The notes below the pieces were generated by a model. That model worked only from the letters and a program-made list of their open reading frames with translations, was not told the origin of the DNA and made no database searches. Made by a program: the position numbers and the translations under genes. A DNA stretch of 32,000 nucleotides from a cyanobacterium endosymbiont of Braarudosphaera bigelowii (GTDB lineage: Bacteria > Cyanobacteriota > Cyanobacteriia > Cyanobacteriales > Microcystaceae): NCBI RefSeq assembly GCF_020885515.1, contig NZ_AP024987.1:120001-152000 (forward strand). Direction: 5' to 3'. Positions 26,990 through 32,000 of this stretch are shown here, piece by piece; position 1 is the stretch's first letter; every line of letters begins with the position of its first letter.

Positions 26990-27417
26990 CAAGAGTATTA
27001 TCTTCAAATTTTTGTTAATTACCTAAACGACAAATAGTTAAGTTGATATTAGACATAATAATTTCTTTTACTACTTAGAGTGAATATATTACACTGATCA
27101 CAAGTAATAGAGTCAATTATCTGTTACCAAAATGTTGTAAAACCCTACTATTCAATTTTGAAATTTTAATTAAATATTTGGGATTTGACCTACTCTTAGT
27201 TAAATCATTATAAGAACCATATCTCAAAATTATTCTATGACAATTTAAATATATAGAATGTCATCATAAGTGTAAATACTTAAAGATATGATTTAAAGCC
27301 ATATAAATAATGGAACTTTGCTTAAAGAAAATCGTCTGAAACCAAGCAAGCATTATTTTACAAAATTAAAGAATTAAGTTTATTTTGAAAATATTCAATA
27401 CCAATTAAAATTAAACA

Positions 27418-27445
27418 TTGACGTCTAAATTAATTTTTTTAAAAT
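27418..27445 (+). promoter_or_regulatory. Candidate promoter of the methyltransferase/glycosyltransferase cluster
   Basis: TTGACG (27418-27423), 16 nt, TAAAAT (27440-27445), about 100 nt upstream of ATG 27553. -10-like hexamers are frequent in this AT-rich DNA. Confidence 0.3.
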
Positions 27446-27552
27446 GCAATATTATCTTACAAGATTACTAATAAGCTCAAATATCTTTTATTTTTAACTT
27501 TATCTTAGAAACTAACTAAAAACATATTTAATTTTAATTGGAAAATATAACT

Positions 27553-28713
27553 ATGAGACAGCTTAAAAAATGGTTAAAAAATAAACTTGTTAACGTTTTA
27601 GTACCAGAAATTGATCAACGATTAGCAATCAATCAAAAACTTGAAGAAGTAGGGCTATATGGAACAGCGCCATGGTACAAAGAAAATCTTTGGGAACCTA
27701 CTGTACAACTGGTTTTAAGAGATCTATGTCTTCCTGGAGACACAGTTTTTGATGTAGGGGCAAATTTTGCTGGTCTAACAACTATCATGTCTCGAATGGT
27801 TGGTCCTAAAGGAACAGTCTGTTCTTTTGAAGCTAGTCCTCGGATTGTTGATAAATGTCAACGAAATATTGTGAATAATGGTTGTAGTAATACACAGTTA
27901 TTTCATTCAGCTGTTTACTCAAAATCTTATGAAAAAGTTCCTCTTTATCTAGGTACGCATCTTAATGATAGCATCTATAAAGACTATTCTGTTGGAGAAG
28001 CTGCCTATGAAATTTCCACTATTGCTCTAGATGATTTTGTCGAACACACAAACTTAAAACCCAATCTTGTTAAAATGGACATTGAAGGGGCAGAATTTGA
28101 TGCAATACAAGGAATGGAAAAAACCATTAGATCTATCAAGCCTCATTTAATTTTAGAAACTCAAGCTGAAGATAGTAGATGCTTAGACTTTTTATCTGCA
28201 CTTGGTTATATTTCAATTGACTTAAATACCTATAAGATTATAAAAACTCCTGAAGATTATCCGTCAGGAGTAGGGATAAGGAATAATTTATACATTCATC
28301 GGGATAGGTTATCAGAAACTTCTTATAATCCACCTTTTAACTTTAAAAAAATTACTACTTTAGAATCTAATCATTTCAAGAAAGAAAAAAATGGTTCCAT
28401 AAATCTTCAAAAACCATTAAGTCTTAGTAAAGGTCGGTATTTAATAGATGTAATGTTTACTGCTGAAGGAACCGATAATGATTTAACTTGTGGTGTTAAT
28501 GTAGCTGGAAAGCCAATTTTTCGTTACCATGCATACAGTAATTTGCTTGCATCTCATTATCGTGATTGGGTAATTCATCTTTCTAATGATTCAGAAATTG
28601 ATTTATATTTTAATTTTCTTAACCAGACATTTGATGATACCTTATTAATACAAAGAGCTACAATAACGGAAATCCTAGATTTTAAAAATACATCTACTAA
28701 TCTATACATTTAA
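27553..28713 (+). CDS. FkbM-family SAM-dependent methyltransferase with a C-terminal extension of roughly 130 aa of unknown function
   Basis: VFDVGANFAG is the SAM-binding Gly-rich motif. VKMDIEGAEFDAIQG is the FkbM signature. ATG 27553 is preferred to the track's TTG 27538. After about residue 255 I recognise no motif. Confidence 0.8.
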   Translation: MRQLKKWLKNKLVNVLVPEIDQRLAINQKLEEVGLYGTAPWYKENLWEPTVQLVLRDLCLPGDTVFDVGANFAGLTTIMSRMVGPKGTVCSFEASPRIVDKCQRNIVNNGCSNTQLFHSAVYSKSYEKVPLYLGTHLNDSIYKDYSVGEAAYEISTIALDDFVEHTNLKPNLVKMDIEGAEFDAIQGMEKTIRSIKPHLILETQAEDSRCLDFLSALGYISIDLNTYKIIKTPEDYPSGVGIRNNLYIHRDRLSETSYNPPFNFKKITTLESNHFKKEKNGSINLQKPLSLSKGRYLIDVMFTAEGTDNDLTCGVNVAGKPIFRYHAYSNLLASHYRDWVIHLSNDSEIDLYFNFLNQTFDDTLLIQRATITEILDFKNTSTNLYI

Positions 28714-28740
28714 GATTTTCCAAAGAACTATTACAATACT

Positions 28741-30528
28741 ATGTTAACTCCACTTATTGGTTTTATTATTGGTTTAATATTATTAGAATTATGTTTTGGG
28801 ATGTATATGACTCGTATCATTTCATCCTTTTTTTTTAATATTTATCAAGTAAAAAATAATTTTTTTTGTATTTTAGGATTAGTTTTAATTTCTATTGCTT
28901 TAATAATTGGAATGGCAGGCTATTTAAGCTACATAACTGCCTACCAACTAAAAACTATAAGAATATTATTGAGTGTAATAGGATTTTTATTTCTAATTTT
29001 TGGTTTTCTTCAAAGTTTTAACATAGTTAAAAATCTCAAGAAGTATCTAAATCCTTTTTCTTACTTAATTTCGACTAAATTAATTTTAAGTATTCTTTCT
29101 CTAGGAATATTATTTTCTATTTTTTTAATTAGTTTCTTTGATTCAAATTATGGTGGTGATGCTTTTATGTATCATTTACCATTTGCAGCAAGAATTTGGA
29201 ATATTATTACTCCTGAAGAATATAGTTTTGAATACTATACCGAACACCGTTTTCTAGGATTTCCATTATTTGCAAATTGGTTACAAGGTCTTTTCTGGAA
29301 ACTTTTTCAAAAACCTGAAGCAACTAACTTAGTCAGCTATTTTAGTTTGTTGACCATGATCTCATATCTTAAATTATATTTAAGAATTCCTTTTTACATG
29401 GCTTCTTTATCTCTTTTAGCCATACCTATGGTCCATATGCATGCAGCAAGAAGTTATATAGATTTACCTGGAAATGTTTTTGTTTCAATCCTTATCTTAA
29501 CTACTTATTCTTTATATATTAAAAGAGCTTCTTTAGATCCAAAAACTCTTTCAATTATTTTTATTTCATCAACCATAGCAGCTAATACAAAATTTCAATT
29601 AATTCCTGTCGTCTTTATAGTTTTATGTTTTGTATTTTTTAAAATAATAAAAACTTTATTAAAAAACAAAAATAATTTCAATAAACTATTCAAAGGTTTA
29701 ATAATATGTTTATTGGCAAACTTAATTATTTTTTTCACACCTATCAAAAATACGATTGTATACTCTAATCCCTTTTACCCAGTACAGATAGAGGCTGCAG
29801 GGTTTGTTTTAAATAACAAAGAAACACCTCCTGATTTTATGCATGAGAACATAAAAAAACTTTCGCCCTATTTAAGATGGGGAAGATCAGTCTTGGAAAT
29901 AGATGTTTTTGATGATCGTAGACCTTGGCCTTGGACATTAGGAATGGACTTTATATCATGGGATGAAGAAAAATTTGGATTAGGAGGATATTTTGGAGGT
30001 TATGTGACTTTTAGTTTCTTATTATTTATATATCTCTGTTGGAAAAATTATAATTTAGAATCGCAGGTGGCTTTATCTACTATGGGTTTAATGACCATAG
30101 TGACGCCTCTATTCCCTCAATCATATGAGCTAAGATACTATATGTATTGGATGATAGTTCTAGTGAGTTTAAATTCTTTTTTAACTTGCCAGTTAGTACA
30201 AAAATCATCTAAAAAAACTGTTAATCCCAAAAATATTGCTCTAATTTCTACGATCTTTGTAATAGCTTTTATAGTTAAAACTAAATTTTTTTTTACTATT
30301 CCTGAATTTGCATCTTTTGACAAACAAATTATAAGAGAGGATATTGTAGATCAAGATATAATGCGCAATATTAATAATGGAGATAATGTTTGTATTGTTA
30401 ATAAAGCGCCTCATACCTTTCTATACAGTTCTTATTTTCATTTACCTAATCAATATTCTGTAAAAGCCGAGTTTAATATAGATTTAAACGAAGAAGAGTG
30501 TAAAGGTAGAAAGATTTTAAAAAATTAA
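28741..30528 (+). CDS. Large polytopic membrane protein, possibly a GT-C-type glycosyltransferase
   Basis: 595 aa with at least 10 hydrophobic segments. The loop motif NYGGDAFMYHLPFA after the early TM helices resembles the Asp-containing first-loop motifs of GT-C enzymes. The functional call is weak. Confidence 0.6.
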   Translation: MLTPLIGFIIGLILLELCFGMYMTRIISSFFFNIYQVKNNFFCILGLVLISIALIIGMAGYLSYITAYQLKTIRILLSVIGFLFLIFGFLQSFNIVKNLKKYLNPFSYLISTKLILSILSLGILFSIFLISFFDSNYGGDAFMYHLPFAARIWNIITPEEYSFEYYTEHRFLGFPLFANWLQGLFWKLFQKPEATNLVSYFSLLTMISYLKLYLRIPFYMASLSLLAIPMVHMHAARSYIDLPGNVFVSILILTTYSLYIKRASLDPKTLSIIFISSTIAANTKFQLIPVVFIVLCFVFFKIIKTLLKNKNNFNKLFKGLIICLLANLIIFFTPIKNTIVYSNPFYPVQIEAAGFVLNNKETPPDFMHENIKKLSPYLRWGRSVLEIDVFDDRRPWPWTLGMDFISWDEEKFGLGGYFGGYVTFSFLLFIYLCWKNYNLESQVALSTMGLMTIVTPLFPQSYELRYYMYWMIVLVSLNSFLTCQLVQKSSKKTVNPKNIALISTIFVIAFIVKTKFFFTIPEFASFDKQIIREDIVDQDIMRNINNGDNVCIVNKAPHTFLYSSYFHLPNQYSVKAEFNIDLNEEECKGRKILKN

Positions 30529-30566
30529 CACAATAATATCTAAAGTTTGAAATACTAGTTTTTCTG

Positions 30567-32000
30567 ATGCTAAAAATTCAACAACATTCTAAGATCTACC
30601 TTGCTATTATTCTTATTTTTGCTTTTATATTGAGAGTAATATATCTAAATGAAATCCCAAATGGTTTTTTTACAGATGAAGCATCTAATGCTTATGATGC
30701 CTATTCGGTCCTTCACACTTTAAAGGATCAATATGGAAAATTTTTGCCATGGTATTTTAAGTCAGCAAATGATTATCGTGAGGGATTATATATATATATT
30801 ATGTTTCCTTTTATTAAAATTTTTGGCTTAAATCCACTTGGGGCAAGAATTATTTCATCTATTATTGGCACTCTAACAGTTTTAGTAACCTACTACCTGT
30901 CTAAAGAAATTTTTAACCAGAAAGTTGGATTATTATCTTCTCTTTTTTTGGCGATAATCCCTTGGCATATTCATTTTAGTCGTGTAACTTTTCGGGCAAT
31001 TTTGGTTCCATTTTTATTTTGTTTAGGTTTATTATTTTTTATAAAAAGTTTTAAGTATCCTAAATATTTGATAGTATCTAGTTTTACATTTGCTGTAAGT
31101 ATTTATACTTATAACTCTGCAAGGCTTTTTATACCATTATTTTTAATTGGATTGGTGACCGTATATTGGAAACATCTTTGGGTCAATAAAAACCTTACAA
31201 TTATATCTTTTATAATTTTTCTTACAATATTTTTTCCTCAACTTATCCACCAATTATCTCCTGAAGGTATGGCTAGGGCCAATACAGTAGGAATTAAAAC
31301 AGATATAAGTATAGTATTTCGTAATTATTTATCTTACTTCAATCCTAAATTTTTGTTTTTTGAAGGTGATCCAAGTCCGCGTCACACGGTCAATAAGGTG
31401 GCTGGATTATTTGTATTCCAATTACCTTTGTTGATACTAGGTATAGTAAGTTTAACTAGGGAAATTAATCCTTATAAATCAGTTATTTTACTTTGGCTAG
31501 TATTATATCCAATTCCTGCTGCTTTTATCTCAGCAGATAGTGCTGTGAGAACATTAGTCGTCACACCTCTTTTTTCAATTATCTCAGCTTACACAATTTT
31601 TAAAATAATTGATATTTTTAATAAAAAATATCAATATATTGTTACGTGTTTAATGATTTCTATTCTTGTTTCTAATATAGCAATTTTTTGTAAACGATAT
31701 TTTATTGAATATCCAGGATGGCATACTGATGTTTGGCTATCTACCCTAGGAGAAACAATAAGTTATGCTAATCAAACTTCCTATGAATGTATTGTTTATA
31801 GTAATAATGCTTACGGAAATTATGCATATATACTCATCCCATTTTTTACACAAATACTTCCTGATGAATATCATAAATTTAATGTGGATGTTTCGGTAAA
31901 CCGGTTAGATATGGGTAGATGGAATATAAAAGAATTGGAGACTTCTGAAGATTTAAATACTAGCTGTCTTTATCTTCTAAGTGGTGATCCCAATGCTAAT
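30567..32000 (+). CDS. ArnT/PMT-like (GT39/GT83-type, PMT_2) membrane glycosyltransferase, 3'-truncated by the window end
   Basis: Not in the ORF track. I translated every codon from ATG 30567 to 32000 (478 codons) and found no stop. LRVIYLNEIPNGFFTDEASNAYDAYSVLHTLKDQYGKFLP is the typical DE-containing first loop of this family. Many TM segments. Confidence 0.75.
   Translation, partial: MLKIQQHSKIYLAIILIFAFILRVIYLNEIPNGFFTDEASNAYDAYSVLHTLKDQYGKFLPWYFKSANDYREGLYIYIMFPFIKIFGLNPLGARIISSIIGTLTVLVTYYLSKEIFNQKVGLLSSLFLAIIPWHIHFSRVTFRAILVPFLFCLGLLFFIKSFKYPKYLIVSSFTFAVSIYTYNSARLFIPLFLIGLVTVYWKHLWVNKNLTIISFIIFLTIFFPQLIHQLSPEGMARANTVGIKTDISIVFRNYLSYFNPKFLFFEGDPSPRHTVNKVAGLFVFQLPLLILGIVSLTREINPYKSVILLWLVLYPIPAAFISADSAVRTLVVTPLFSIISAYTIFKIIDIFNKKYQYIVTCLMISILVSNIAIFCKRYFIEYPGWHTDVWLSTLGETISYANQTSYECIVYSNNAYGNYAYILIPFFTQILPDEYHKFNVDVSVNRLDMGRWNIKELETSEDLNTSCLYLLSGDPNAN

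Noticed and set aside
30138-30323. 61-aa ORF antisense to the membrane protein gene
   Set aside because: It is a shadow ORF.

Overview
Strongly AT-rich cyanobacterial chromosomal DNA (judged by eye, not computed). The coding content is almost entirely housekeeping. I support 25 CDS, including one small ORF missing from the track and one CDS that runs off the 3' end, plus 2 tRNAs.

Recognisable products:
- Two RRM RNA-binding proteins, MurJ, an orphan sugar-type ABC substrate-binding protein, FtrV, FabZ and a SemiSWEET.
- HypE, YggS/PipY, CofG, and an RHH / Ycf46 AAA+ / Ycf35 (DUF1257) trio.
- SmpB, HtpG, a LysM-M23 peptidase, cyanobacterial-type GshA, PepA, ChlD, a TPR protein and Upp.
- A terminal FkbM-methyltransferase / GT-C glycosyltransferase cluster.

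I saw no transposases, integrases, CRISPR arrays, toxin-antitoxin pairs or recognisable defence genes. This is not an obvious accessory island.

The combination of hypE, chlD and ftrV, several 0.5-1 kb AT-only spacers, and genes missing from normally conserved neighbourhoods suggests a genome-reduced diazotrophic cyanobacterium. A UCYN-A-like symbiont is possible, but this is inference and needs a database search.

Most noteworthy:
1. A self-contained RHH/Zn-knuckle, Ycf46 and Ycf35 operon of unknown mechanism.
2. Very long perfect palindromes just after genes: 46-bp arms overlapping the rbp stop codon, and 29-bp and 16-bp stems after ycf35.
3. Shared 5' leader blocks in front of the two rbp paralogues, at identical spacing from their -10 boxes.
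4. A 1-kb spacer carrying promoter and terminator signatures for unannotated small transcripts.
5. The methyltransferase plus GT-C cluster at the window end.

All homology calls come from motif recognition by eye. No searches were run.
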